64,000 bases of DNA, taken from contig JAFGHO010000067.1 in NCBI GenBank assembly GCA_016930085.1, positions 1,041-65,040 of the forward strand, read 5' to 3'. Shown here in pieces: positions 20,042 to 30,218 of this stretch (the first letter of the stretch is position 1; the number at the start of each line of letters is the position of its first letter). The position numbers and the translations under genes were made by a program. Under the pieces are notes generated by a model, which was not told where the DNA came from, searched no databases, and saw only the letters and a list, made by a program, of their open reading frames with translations. The DNA comes from Spirochaetales bacterium. Lineage in GTDB: Bacteria > Spirochaetota > Spirochaetia > SZUA-6 > JAFGRV01.

Positions 20042-21313
20042 ATGAAGGAAAGAAAAAAAATATATACCGCCGGCATTATGCTGATTGTACTGGCCATGGT
20101 GTCCGGTTGTTATATCGTGAACAGTGAAGACGCCGCGTTGTATCTTGATGTGAACGCCATGGTCAGGGGGGAAAGCCGCGCCCCGCTTCCCGGTTCGGTC
20201 CTGGGCATCCGGCTTGTCATTACCGGGCCGGGGATGGAGGTCATCGACAAATATTTCCCCCCCGGTCTTATGGCCGTATCCGTGGGCGTTCCCGCGGGCA
20301 GGGACAGGGTCATCAGTGTCGCCCTCGACATCGATCCCGCGGACCCCGGCGCGGTACTCGCCTTCGGGGACAAGGTCGCGACCGATCTCAAACCGGGACA
20401 GGTGAAAGTGGTGGCTGTCCGGATGAAGCCGGTAAAGACAAAACTGGTGGTTCCGGATTATATCGGTACAACGGGAGATGAATATGGAAGGGTAATACAG
20501 TTTGATAACATCGGCGGTGGTGGAAGAGTGGAACTCTATGGGACTGCGATCGGTATGGCAAGCGATTATTACTTTAAGCCCCATGATATCGCTTTTGACA
20601 GGGGAGGAAGGATATATATTGCGAACAATTACGCTTCAACCGGCTACGGACGGGTAGTGAGGATCGACAATATATTGGGGGCCGCTCCGGTCTTTTATCC
20701 GGATACGGGTTTTGGAATCGTTGCGGTTGCCGTCGATATGGAGAGGAGTCTGGTGTATTATACTTCCGGCATCAACCTCTTTAGCAGTCCAATTCGGGAA
20801 AATACGGTTGTCCTTCCACTTTCAACGACCGGCATCGGGCAGATCAGAGGAATAGATATTGACGATAACGGTTTTCTCTATATCGCCGGTACGCCGCAGG
20901 CAGGCGGTTATGGCATTTTCTATTACAATCCCTTTACTATGAATATCGTCGATCAAGTGACCGATGCAATGGTCGGCCAACTCAATACACCCTGGGATAC
21001 CCTTGTCAGGAACGACCGTATCTATGTATCAAACCTGAACGGGGCCGATGGGTCGAAGATCCTCCTGTTTGATAAATATCTTTCTTTTATCGACGGATAT
21101 GGCAACACCGCGGCAGGTATCGATATATCGCAGGGAATGTTCTATGGGCCGTATATGTTCGTCGCCATTCTCAACAAGAAGATCACCGTTATCGACGATA
21201 CATTCGGCATGAATAAAATCGTATCTATGGATGATATAAACGGAACAGGCTGGCAGACAAATCCATCGACGGCGGTCGACGGTAGGGCTTTCTTTAATTT
21301 TTACGAATGCTGA
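20042..21313 (+). CDS. Lipoprotein with N-terminal beta-sandwich and NHL-like beta-propeller
   Basis: GAGGTG RBS; lipobox VSGC; blades PHDIAFDRGGRIYIAN, IRGIDIDDNGFLYIA and LNTPWD..IYVSN. Confidence 0.75.
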   Translation: MKERKKIYTAGIMLIVLAMVSGCYIVNSEDAALYLDVNAMVRGESRAPLPGSVLGIRLVITGPGMEVIDKYFPPGLMAVSVGVPAGRDRVISVALDIDPADPGAVLAFGDKVATDLKPGQVKVVAVRMKPVKTKLVVPDYIGTTGDEYGRVIQFDNIGGGGRVELYGTAIGMASDYYFKPHDIAFDRGGRIYIANNYASTGYGRVVRIDNILGAAPVFYPDTGFGIVAVAVDMERSLVYYTSGINLFSSPIRENTVVLPLSTTGIGQIRGIDIDDNGFLYIAGTPQAGGYGIFYYNPFTMNIVDQVTDAMVGQLNTPWDTLVRNDRIYVSNLNGADGSKILLFDKYLSFIDGYGNTAAGIDISQGMFYGPYMFVAILNKKITVIDDTFGMNKIVSMDDINGTGWQTNPSTAVDGRAFFNFYEC

Positions 21314-21316
21314 CCC

Positions 21317-22222
21317 ATGAAAATTCTCTATTATACCTCAGGCGTTACCGGCTCCGGTCGGGTCGTCCGCGGGATCGCGATCGCAAACGGGCTTGAACGC
21401 AGAAAACAGGGAACGAAGCGCGGCGGGATCGCGGCTGATTTTCATGTCCTCAGTTCCTGCCGCCTGGCCCGTCTCTGCGACCGCTTCGGCATTTCCCATA
21501 CGGAAATTCCCCCGGAAGGCGAGGACCGGCTGGGTCCGGATGCATACAGGGATTCGGAGCTTTTCAGGGCGATCACCGGGCTTGCCCCGGATATCCTCCT
21601 CGTCGATCTCCTCTGGTTTCCCCTCTATTTTTTTATCGATTCGCTGTCGTGCACGACGATTTTTCTCTGGCATGAAGTCGATGAGGCTTTTTTCACGATC
21701 GATTGCCGCGGGGGACGGAGGATCGTCTTTGATCCCTGCATGTTCGACCGCCTCGTGGCGATCGAACCGGTCGAAAAGCCTATCGGACCGGGGACGGAGG
21801 TCAATCCCCTTATCCTCCGCAACCGCGACGAAATTTTTCCACGGGACCGGGCGGTGAAAGAACTCGGGGTAGGAGATGATAAACGAAACTGCCTGCTCGC
21901 CTACAACGGGCATCCGGGTGATTTCGAGAAACTGAAAAGAATGTATTCCTATCTCGAAGATGAAGGGTTCCGGATGGTGTATACGACGAATTACAGGGGG
22001 GGGCTTTTCCCCGTCGTCGATTATTTCAATGCCTTCGACCTCATCATCTGCGGCGCGGGATACAATTCTTTCTGGGAAACGCGTTTTTTCGAAAAGGAAG
22101 CGGTTTATTATCCCCCCGTAACCAGGTTTTATGATCCCGGGCGGCTCATCCGCGACTATCATGATTATACCTTCAGCGAAAACGGTGCGGATCAGCTTGC
22201 GGATATGCTCATGAGTCTGTAA
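21317..22222 (+). CDS. Glycosyltransferase-like (GT-B) protein
   Basis: MKILYY..GSGRVVR..AIA, PDILLVD and FDLIICGAGYNSFWE resemble GT28/MurG-like motifs. Confidence 0.6.
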   Translation: MKILYYTSGVTGSGRVVRGIAIANGLERRKQGTKRGGIAADFHVLSSCRLARLCDRFGISHTEIPPEGEDRLGPDAYRDSELFRAITGLAPDILLVDLLWFPLYFFIDSLSCTTIFLWHEVDEAFFTIDCRGGRRIVFDPCMFDRLVAIEPVEKPIGPGTEVNPLILRNRDEIFPRDRAVKELGVGDDKRNCLLAYNGHPGDFEKLKRMYSYLEDEGFRMVYTTNYRGGLFPVVDYFNAFDLIICGAGYNSFWETRFFEKEAVYYPPVTRFYDPGRLIRDYHDYTFSENGADQLADMLMSL

Positions 22223-22326
22223 AATGGTCTGCGGTAATGGATGAAAAAGGCGGCCGAACGAGGATGTTGAGCGTTCGCCGGCACGCAAACCTGGTGTACA
22301 GGTTCCACGACTCATGACAGTGACGT

Positions 22327-23817
22327 TCAGTCGCGCTCCCGTTCGATCTCCAGGACGTTTTTCCCCTTTATCGAACGGAGAATTTCTTCGACCTTGAAAT
22401 ACCGGTTTCGACCGATCATACTCACCCCGTCCGTGTACCGGAGGGAGTTGCCCTGCCAGTCGCTGGGGATCGGATCGTAGGCGATAAAATATTGTTCATC
22501 GAGACTGTAGCCTTTGATGACGATATAGTGGCCGGTGGTGTCCGGATAGAAACGGTCGACAAACACCAGCCGTTCGTCTCCTTCGACGGGCGAGAGAACG
22601 GTCGTGTTGAAACTGACGATCGCGATATTTCCCCAGTCGATGATCCGTTTCATGTCGTTGAATTGATCGATAACGGTAAGTGCCGTTTTTATTCGGTGGT
22701 AGTTGAAATTCATTATCATATGCTGGTAGGAAAGCGCCCCGGATTTGATGGGAAGGCCGATTTCCTCCCTGCTTTTTTCCACGCTGATATACTTCCCCGT
22801 GGCCCAATGAAGCGCGATAGCTACGCAGGCGGGACCGCAGTTTCCGTACATCCCGGTATCGAACTGCGTCTTGTACCAGTCATACTCCGGTTCGACGCTG
22901 TGCTGGGAAGGAAAGGGACTGACAAACAGATAAAAGCCGAAACTCGTTTCTCTGCCGGTCAGCGTTATCTTTGCGTACCCCGGGGCTATCGCGGTAAAGA
23001 CATCGTCAGCAGTCTGTTTGAGTAGTACCGGGCGCTGGATTATCCGCGTTTCCATGTCGAATGCCGGGGCTCCGGCTTCTTTACGCTGTATCACTTCTCC
23101 AAGATCGAGATTCCCGTTGACATGATCGATCGTATAAAACGGGAGACCCTCCTTTGTTTCGATGCGTGTTCTTTTCACGCGGACCGTCAGGGGTGAGGAA
23201 AGAACTTCCCGGCCGCTTCCGTCGGCGACGGACAGACGGACGGTGTAATCGCCCGATTTCATGTAGGTATACGAAGGACGTTCCTCCCGGGAAAAATAGC
23301 CCGTTCCGAAATCCCACACACAGGAGAGATCGTCGGGGACATCGAGGACCGGATAGAAATCGACACGCAGGGGAATGTTACCGTTTTTATTGAACGCCGA
23401 GACGGCGAGTGTGGTGGGAAGCGTGCCGGTCCGGTTTGTCGGTTCGCCCGGAAACGTGGAATTCCGTCGCTGTTCGATACCCTTCGGCAGATAAAGTGCC
23501 GTTCCCACGGCGAGCAGCCGCGAGTCGATCAGGCCGTTGTATCGTGCAATGCCGGCGGCGCTTATTCCATAGGAATCCGCGATACTGTGAATCGTGTCGC
23601 CGATTGCATACCGGTGGATGGGAGGTATGTCGTTATGTGATATAGCGGCGTCGGCCGGATTCCCGTCTTCCTCCGTCCCCGGTTCCGCATCCGCCGGCTC
23701 CGCCCCCGGCGGTTTTCCTTCCTGGTCGAAAAGCGAGAACGAGGCCAGCAAAGAGATCGGAACGGCGATACAGAGTACCAAAAGGACTATGAAAAGTATC
23801 CGGTTTCTTTTCATCAT
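22327..23817 (-). CDS. Membrane-anchored LysM + PKD + C39-like cysteine peptidase
   Basis: LysM GDTIHSIADSYGIS..YNGL; PKD WDFGTG..PSYTY..GDYTVRLSV; GNCGPAC, GHYIVIKGY and AYDP triad. Start codon uncertain. Confidence 0.8.
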   Translation of the reverse strand: MMKRNRILFIVLLVLCIAVPISLLASFSLFDQEGKPPGAEPADAEPGTEEDGNPADAAISHNDIPPIHRYAIGDTIHSIADSYGISAAGIARYNGLIDSRLLAVGTALYLPKGIEQRRNSTFPGEPTNRTGTLPTTLAVSAFNKNGNIPLRVDFYPVLDVPDDLSCVWDFGTGYFSREERPSYTYMKSGDYTVRLSVADGSGREVLSSPLTVRVKRTRIETKEGLPFYTIDHVNGNLDLGEVIQRKEAGAPAFDMETRIIQRPVLLKQTADDVFTAIAPGYAKITLTGRETSFGFYLFVSPFPSQHSVEPEYDWYKTQFDTGMYGNCGPACVAIALHWATGKYISVEKSREEIGLPIKSGALSYQHMIMNFNYHRIKTALTVIDQFNDMKRIIDWGNIAIVSFNTTVLSPVEGDERLVFVDRFYPDTTGHYIVIKGYSLDEQYFIAYDPIPSDWQGNSLRYTDGVSMIGRNRYFKVEEILRSIKGKNVLEIERERD

Positions 23818-23962
23818 CTCTTTCATTTCTCTACAATGAAATGAGAGAAAAATCAAGAGTAATATGAGAGTTTATCCCGTCTTGTGTCGGGGACTGCTGT
23901 ACTTTCTCGACCGTATTTGATAAAATCATTGAAAAAGCTGTCAATGAAAAGGGAGTTGAATC

Positions 23963-26167
23963 ATGAATGAAATAACCGTGTTGCCATTGGCCGAATACGG
24001 CCGGAAATTCATTCCGGATGAGTTTCTTCCGGAAGGAAAAGACGAGTATTATATCCGTAACGAGCAACTGGGAAAACCCGATTATCCATGGCGGCGACTC
24101 GAATCGGAAGAAATCGAAAACCTTATTAAAAACGGGAATACGAGCGAAGACTGGAGCAATATTTTCGTCACACAGAATTTCGAAGACCACCTTGTCAAGA
24201 ACTGCCTGTTTTCCGGTATCGTCAGAATCGGCCGGCTGGATAACGTCGCCCTCGAGCACCATAATCTCCAGGTGCCCGTCGGTATCACCAATTCGACGAT
24301 TATTTCATGTGACATCGGGGATAATTGCGCGATTCACAATGTCAATTATCTCGCCCATTATATTATTGGAAACAATGTCATTCTGCTCAATATCAATGAA
24401 ATGCATACAACCGATCATGCAAAATTCGGGAACGGCATCGTCAAGGAAGGGGAGAATGAGAATGTCAGAATATGGCTCGAACTCATGAATGAAATGGGCG
24501 GACGCGCGGTGCTTCCCTTTGACGGAATGATCCCGGCAGACGCTTATATATGGCTGAAATTCCGGCATCATGCGGCATTACAGCAACAACTCAGGGAAAT
24601 TACACAAAATCAGACCGACAACCGGAGGGGGTATTACGGGTCGGTCGGTGATTGCACGGTCGTGAAAAACAACAGGATCATCAAGGATGTCAAGATCGGT
24701 TCGTGCTGTTATATCAAGGGAGCGAATAAACTGAAAAACCTGACCATCAACTCGAGTGAAGCCGAACCCACACAGATCGGAGAAGGGGTGGAACTCGTCA
24801 ATGGCATTATCGGATACGGGTGCAGGGTGTTTTACGGGTGTAAAGCCGTTCGTTTTGTGATGGGAAGAAACTCGAACCTCAAATACGGCGCACGGCTCAT
24901 TCATTCGTACCTGGGCGACAATTCGACGGTATCGTGTTGTGAAATCCTTCACAACCTCATTTTTCCCGCCCATGAACAGCATCACAACAACTCGTTTCTG
25001 ATAGCTTCGCTGGTGATGGGGCAGAGTAATCTCGCGGCCGGGGCAACCGTCGGTTCGAACCACAATAGCCGAGCCAATGACGGCGAGATCCAGGCCGGAA
25101 GGGGATTCTGGCCCGGACTTTGTACTACGCTCAAGCATTCGTCCCGCTTCGTGTCGTTTGTCCTTATCGCAAAGGGGAACTATCCCGCGGAATTGAATAT
25201 ACCGCTTCCTTTTTCCCTGCTCAATACTAACGAAGGAAACGATACCCTCGAAGTGATGCCCGCCTTCTGGTGGATGTATAACATGTATGCCCTCGCGCGA
25301 AACACATGGAAGTTTCGAACCCGCGATAAACGGAAGATCAAGGTTCAGCATATCGAGTTTGATTCGCTTGCCCCGGATACAATCGAAGAAATATTTACGG
25401 CACGCAGACTGCTCGAGATATGGACGGCAAAGGCATTTTTCAGATCGCAAGGGGAGGCCTTTGACCGGAAAGACGGCGATGAGCTTTCGGAAAAGGGAAA
25501 AGAACTCCTTAACGGGCCGGAAGGGGCAATGAAAGGGCTCGAAGTCCTTGGTGAGTATATGGAGAAAAGCGGCAGGAAAGAAGTAATTCTCAAACCGCGC
25601 GACGGGTATCACGCGTACGGCCGGATGATTCATTATTATGCGATGAAGGAACTGCTCGCATACATGGATGAAAACAAGACGGTGACAATCGAAGCGCTTG
25701 GCAGAAAATTCTCACCGGTCCGTGAGGCCGGATGGATCAATTGCGGGGGACAACTCATCAAGGAAAAGGATGTTAAGACGCTCTGCGATAATATCGGAAG
25801 CGGAATGTATAAGAGCTGGGAAGAAATTCACAAAGCATATGACGAACTCTGGGCCGCGTATCGGCACGATAAATGCGCCCACGCCTTCGCAACGCTCCTT
25901 GAGATTCTTGGAACGGATTCCCTTTCATCCTCTTTATGGATGGAACAACTCGATGAGGCGGTGAAAACCCAGGAGTATATCCGCGATCAGGTTTACCTCT
26001 CGCGAAAAAAGGATTATGAAAACCCCTTCAGACAGGCGACCTTTGACTCTGCCGAAGAAATGGAGGCGGTGATTCATACGGCGGAAGATAACTCCTTCGT
26101 GCTGCAGGTAAAAAAGGAAACTGAGGAGTTTCGGCGGCTTGTCGATGATATACGGAAACGGGGATAG
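23963..26167 (+). CDS. DUF4954-family protein (left-handed beta-helix region)
   Basis: RRLESEEIENLIKNGN..DW, FGNG, LGDNSTVSCCEI, HHNNSFLIA and SNHNSR. Confidence 0.75.
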   Translation: MNEITVLPLAEYGRKFIPDEFLPEGKDEYYIRNEQLGKPDYPWRRLESEEIENLIKNGNTSEDWSNIFVTQNFEDHLVKNCLFSGIVRIGRLDNVALEHHNLQVPVGITNSTIISCDIGDNCAIHNVNYLAHYIIGNNVILLNINEMHTTDHAKFGNGIVKEGENENVRIWLELMNEMGGRAVLPFDGMIPADAYIWLKFRHHAALQQQLREITQNQTDNRRGYYGSVGDCTVVKNNRIIKDVKIGSCCYIKGANKLKNLTINSSEAEPTQIGEGVELVNGIIGYGCRVFYGCKAVRFVMGRNSNLKYGARLIHSYLGDNSTVSCCEILHNLIFPAHEQHHNNSFLIASLVMGQSNLAAGATVGSNHNSRANDGEIQAGRGFWPGLCTTLKHSSRFVSFVLIAKGNYPAELNIPLPFSLLNTNEGNDTLEVMPAFWWMYNMYALARNTWKFRTRDKRKIKVQHIEFDSLAPDTIEEIFTARRLLEIWTAKAFFRSQGEAFDRKDGDELSEKGKELLNGPEGAMKGLEVLGEYMEKSGRKEVILKPRDGYHAYGRMIHYYAMKELLAYMDENKTVTIEALGRKFSPVREAGWINCGGQLIKEKDVKTLCDNIGSGMYKSWEEIHKAYDELWAAYRHDKCAHAFATLLEILGTDSLSSSLWMEQLDEAVKTQEYIRDQVYLSRKKDYENPFRQATFDSAEEMEAVIHTAEDNSFVLQVKKETEEFRRLVDDIRKRG

Positions 26168-26192
26168 GGAAGACCGTCCCGTTGATCATCCT

Positions 26193-27209
26193 TCAGCCCA
26201 TAAACTCGTTTCCTACCTTTCGGGCGCGTTGCGGTTTGTCCAGGTTGATTCCCGCGGCTAGACCGATTTCGACAAGAAGATTCCAGCCCGCACAAAGGTA
26301 GACATACGGGGCCATCTCGCCCGCCCGGGGGACCACAACCGTCGGAAAGGGCGTCGCGTGATCGGCGATTGCCACAACGGTCAATCCCACCCCATCGACA
26401 AGCACCTCCTGGAACTTTTGTATCTCGTCTTCGATGGGATCGACAACGAAGACGATTTCATCCGGGTCCATCACCTCTTCAATCCCGTGCACGGCATAGG
26501 TGCCTTCGAGAAAATCCGATTTTTTTCTGGTGATTTCATTCGTTTTCAGCGTCAGTTCTTCCGCGACCCCGTCGTTATAACCGGCAAAATAGATGACCGG
26601 CGCGTTTTTCGCCTTCTCGACGATCGTGCCGTCGATGGTAAGCGTCAGAGCCTCCTCGATTTTTTCCGCAAGACCTTTAACCCCCTCTTTCATATTCATT
26701 CCCGCAATATGACTGATAATAGACTGATAAAAAAGGGCCTGTTCGACCACACTCTTTGTCGCCGCGACGGCCTCTTCCCATCCGCAGCCGAGAACAAAGG
26801 TTTCTTCGACTTCACGGGAAAGGACGGTGTCCTCGTTTGCCGTCAGACCGAAACATCGCCTGTTGCCTGAAGCGGTCAGTTTTTTTGCGAGCAGCACCAC
26901 TTCCCTGGTCCTTCCCGAATTCGAAGCGCAAAACACCGCAGAGTCCCTGAGATTGTACAACGCGGACTGCCGGGAGCCGTCGGTCGCGATACTCAGGGGT
27001 AGCCCCCACGTATGGGCTTTACGAATGGTATTCTTCGCGGGAAAGATACGGCTCGACCCCTCCCCGGTAAGAAGCAATCTGCCCGCCTCCTTTATCTTTC
27101 CGGCAACCGTCATGGTCTTTCCGGGATCGAATTTTCTCACCACATCCACGGTATCCATCATCTCCCGCGAAAGCGCGTACTGCGAATATCGGGCTTCATT
27201 CAGATTCAT
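26193..27209 (-). CDS. SIS-domain sugar isomerase (GlmS C-terminal-like)
   Basis: TGEGSS, ASNSGRTREV, EEAVAATKS, EELTLKTNEI and NLDKPQRARK. Confidence 0.85.
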   Translation of the reverse strand: MNLNEARYSQYALSREMMDTVDVVRKFDPGKTMTVAGKIKEAGRLLLTGEGSSRIFPAKNTIRKAHTWGLPLSIATDGSRQSALYNLRDSAVFCASNSGRTREVVLLAKKLTASGNRRCFGLTANEDTVLSREVEETFVLGCGWEEAVAATKSVVEQALFYQSIISHIAGMNMKEGVKGLAEKIEEALTLTIDGTIVEKAKNAPVIYFAGYNDGVAEELTLKTNEITRKKSDFLEGTYAVHGIEEVMDPDEIVFVVDPIEDEIQKFQEVLVDGVGLTVVAIADHATPFPTVVVPRAGEMAPYVYLCAGWNLLVEIGLAAGINLDKPQRARKVGNEFMG

Positions 27210-27394
27210 AGCTTCCTCCTCATCGGTTTTCTGATTATCGACCCTGACCGGTTCGAACGGAACTCAGTATACATAACTTTATTACAATAATCAAGAAACC
27301 CGCTCGCCTTCGGCCCGCGAAAGGATTCGGCCGGATACCCGCTTTTCCGAAATATTTTTTTTCGAACTCCGTCCCCGTGTTTTCGGTTTCCGCG

Positions 27395-29800
27395 TCAGTG
27401 GACAACATTCACCCCATACTGCTCGAGGAGGGGGATGATCTCGGAACCGGAATGATCACTCAGCGGATTATCGCTGACATTGACCGTTTCGAGCCGCGGA
27501 AGGTCGATGAGTACGGATAAATCCGTGATACGGTTTGACCGGATATCGAGATTCCACAAGTACGGAAAGCCGCTTAACGGCGAGATATCGGTGATGTTGT
27601 TGCCGCCGAGATCGCACATAGAGAGGTTTCTGTTTCCGGCGAGCGGCGTTATATCCGTTATCCCGTTTCCCGCGGCGTGGAAAAAACTCAGGGACGGCCA
27701 ATTCGCAAGCGGCGAAAGATCGGTAATAGTGTTGTTATTTATCGAAAGCGAATCGAGGCTTTCGATTCCGGAGAGGAATGAAATATCCGTCAGGCCGCAC
27801 TTGTCAAGCTTGAGATCGATGAGTTTGGGCATTTCCAGAAGCGGACTGAAATCGGTGATATCGTTGCCGGAAATATCGAGTCTGCCGAGATTTGTCATCG
27901 CCAGAAGGGGGCTTATATCCGTCACATTATTACCGCCGATATAAAAACCGGTATAACTGTGAAGCAGCTTGTTCAAAACACTCAGGTCACTGATCTCGTT
28001 GTCGTTGAGGTACATATTGGTGAAATAGGTACCCTCGAGAAAATCGAGGTTCGTGATATTGTTTGATTCGAGGTGCAGTGCCCAGATCATATAAAGGTTC
28101 GAGTCCGAAAATGATTCATAGTCCTCTATGGGGACGGCATTGAGGGAAAGGATATCGAGGTCGATGCCCACCCTGCGAAGCGGACGGACACGAGTGATCG
28201 GATTCCGGTCGAGATACAGTTCGCAGAGATACGGGAGGTCGCTGTTGTTGAAAGGACTCAGGTCGCTGATATTGTTTTCCTCGAGGTGGAGGTAAAAGAT
28301 ATTGCCCGTCATGATGGGGGTAATATCCGAGATATTGTTTTCCCTGAATTCCATCTGTGCTATTCCGTCAAGGTCCGATAAGGGCTCCAGACTCGTTATA
28401 TCGTTCCCGTTCATGCAAAGCCTGTCCAGTTCCGAAAGGTGCCTGAGCGGTTCGAGATCCGAGATATTGTTGTCATTCATATAAAGATTCACCAGTGAAG
28501 CCGGTCCTTCAATACCGGACAGGTCGCCTATCATGTTGTTGTTCGCTCTCAGGCTGGTGATAAGGGAGAGTCCGGCAAGGGGGGTAATGTCCGTGATCCG
28601 GTTGTCACTCATCTCGAGTATTTTCAAAGAGACGAGTCCCGCAAGGGCGTCGATGTGCGTGATGCGGTTGTTGTTCATGTACAGTTCCGTAAGGGAGGTG
28701 CAGCCCGAAAGGGGGCCGATATCGGCAATAGTGTTGTTGTTGACGGACAACTCGCTCAGGGAGACAAGTCCGGCGAGTGCGGTAATATCCGATATAGCAT
28801 TATTATCGAGATCAAGGGATGTGAGGGCCGTTTTCCCGGCAAGAGCGGAAATATCGGTGAGTTCATTATATTGCAGTTCACATCCTGTCAGTCCGTACAT
28901 GTTTCTGAGACTTTCAATATTCCGGATAGTATTGTTCGATAGAGAAAGCGAGGACAGGTTCACGAGTGGGGCAAGCGGCGTTATATCGGCGATACGGTTA
29001 TAACCTACATCGAGAGAGGCAAGCGATGTCAGGCCGGAGAGCGGCGATAGATTGGCAATCCGGTTGTGGCCGGCGTAAAGTCTGGTAAGGTGCGATAATC
29101 CCGCAAGGGGACCGAGGTCCGTGACAGAATTACCGCCGCAGGACAGATATTCAAGATTCACAAGATTCTTTATTGGAAGTAAATCGGAAATGGCGTTGTT
29201 TCCGATATAAAGGGTTTTGAGATTGAGGAGTCCGGCAAGGGGTGAAATGTCGGTAACGGCATTGCCTGATACGGCGATGTACGTCAGATTCGCAAGCGAA
29301 GAAAGCGGGCCCAGATCGGCGATAGTGCTGCCGGTGAATACGATCTCTTCGAGGGCGGGAAGGTGTTCAATCCCGCTTATATCCGAAATATTCGGTTGAC
29401 GCTGCCGGAGGGAGGTGATGTTTTCGACTTCAAAGGCGTAAATATGGCCGGTGGACTTGCTGATGGTGAAGCGGATGAGGCTTTCGAAGGCCGGATCGGG
29501 AAAGGTGAGTATTTCCTGCTTCCCGCAATATCCCGGGAATTCGCTTATACTCCCGATATAATATCGAGCCACCAAAAGGGCGTCCACAATGTCGGCCTTT
29601 CCGTCATCGTTTACATCCATGTTTTCAGGGGCAATATTGGGAGGGTTTGTTCCCACATAATACTGCGCTATCAGAAGGGAATCGACAATATCGATACGCC
29701 CGTCATTATTCGCATCGCCGCAGGTCTGCCCGAAGGCGGTCACTCCCGGAAAAACGATTATAATGAAGAGAATCAAAAGGGAAACAACGCCTGGTTTCAT
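27395..29800 (-). CDS. Secreted dockerin + internalin-like leucine-rich repeat protein
   Basis: Signal peptide; dockerin GDANNDGRIDIVD..DVNDDGKADIVD; cap TFPDPAFE; roughly 30 22-aa repeats LxxLxLxxNxIxDIxPLxxL. Confidence 0.92.
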   Translation of the reverse strand: MKPGVVSLLILFIIIVFPGVTAFGQTCGDANNDGRIDIVDSLLIAQYYVGTNPPNIAPENMDVNDDGKADIVDALLVARYYIGSISEFPGYCGKQEILTFPDPAFESLIRFTISKSTGHIYAFEVENITSLRQRQPNISDISGIEHLPALEEIVFTGSTIADLGPLSSLANLTYIAVSGNAVTDISPLAGLLNLKTLYIGNNAISDLLPIKNLVNLEYLSCGGNSVTDLGPLAGLSHLTRLYAGHNRIANLSPLSGLTSLASLDVGYNRIADITPLAPLVNLSSLSLSNNTIRNIESLRNMYGLTGCELQYNELTDISALAGKTALTSLDLDNNAISDITALAGLVSLSELSVNNNTIADIGPLSGCTSLTELYMNNNRITHIDALAGLVSLKILEMSDNRITDITPLAGLSLITSLRANNNMIGDLSGIEGPASLVNLYMNDNNISDLEPLRHLSELDRLCMNGNDITSLEPLSDLDGIAQMEFRENNISDITPIMTGNIFYLHLEENNISDLSPFNNSDLPYLCELYLDRNPITRVRPLRRVGIDLDILSLNAVPIEDYESFSDSNLYMIWALHLESNNITNLDFLEGTYFTNMYLNDNEISDLSVLNKLLHSYTGFYIGGNNVTDISPLLAMTNLGRLDISGNDITDFSPLLEMPKLIDLKLDKCGLTDISFLSGIESLDSLSINNNTITDLSPLANWPSLSFFHAAGNGITDITPLAGNRNLSMCDLGGNNITDISPLSGFPYLWNLDIRSNRITDLSVLIDLPRLETVNVSDNPLSDHSGSEIIPLLEQYGVNVVH

Positions 29801-30146
29801 TTTTTTTTCCTTTTTTGATATATATTCGAACTGTATTTCAGTTGTCCGTTTATTTTTGCATCAATGAAAGGTAAACGTATCATTGTATAACTCATCCCGT
29901 AAAAAGAAGGACGTTAACCTGTCATTCGAGATATTATATACCATATTGTATCAGCCGTCAACAAAATGTTATTACAGAATCGTTTTCGACCTCCGTCCCC
30001 GTTATCTCAACCTACATCCCCCTCCCGGATGAGAATAACATACTTGATCATACCCGTTAAATGTAACATACTCCTTATTGAAAGAGCCGGAATCATTCAA
30101 TTTTGGGACGCGCGTGGGTATAATGGGAAGGTGCATGTCTGCATGG

Positions 30147-30218
30147 AAAGTAAAATATAAAATCCTATATTTTACTTTAAGGCCGTAAAGTAAAATATGG
30201 AATACTATATTTTATGTT
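30147..30218. promoter_or_regulatory. Two tandem palindromic operator-like sites upstream of fic
   Basis: AAAGTAAAATATA-N6-TATATTTTACTTT (30147-30178) and a degenerate copy 40 bp later; both lie downstream of TTCAAT-17-TATAAT (30096-30124). Confidence 0.7.

Noticed and set aside
27395..29500. ~66-bp periodicity as a DNA repeat element or diversity-generating cassette
   Set aside because: Explained by the 22-aa LRR protein repeats; no reverse transcriptase or template/variable repeat pair was seen.
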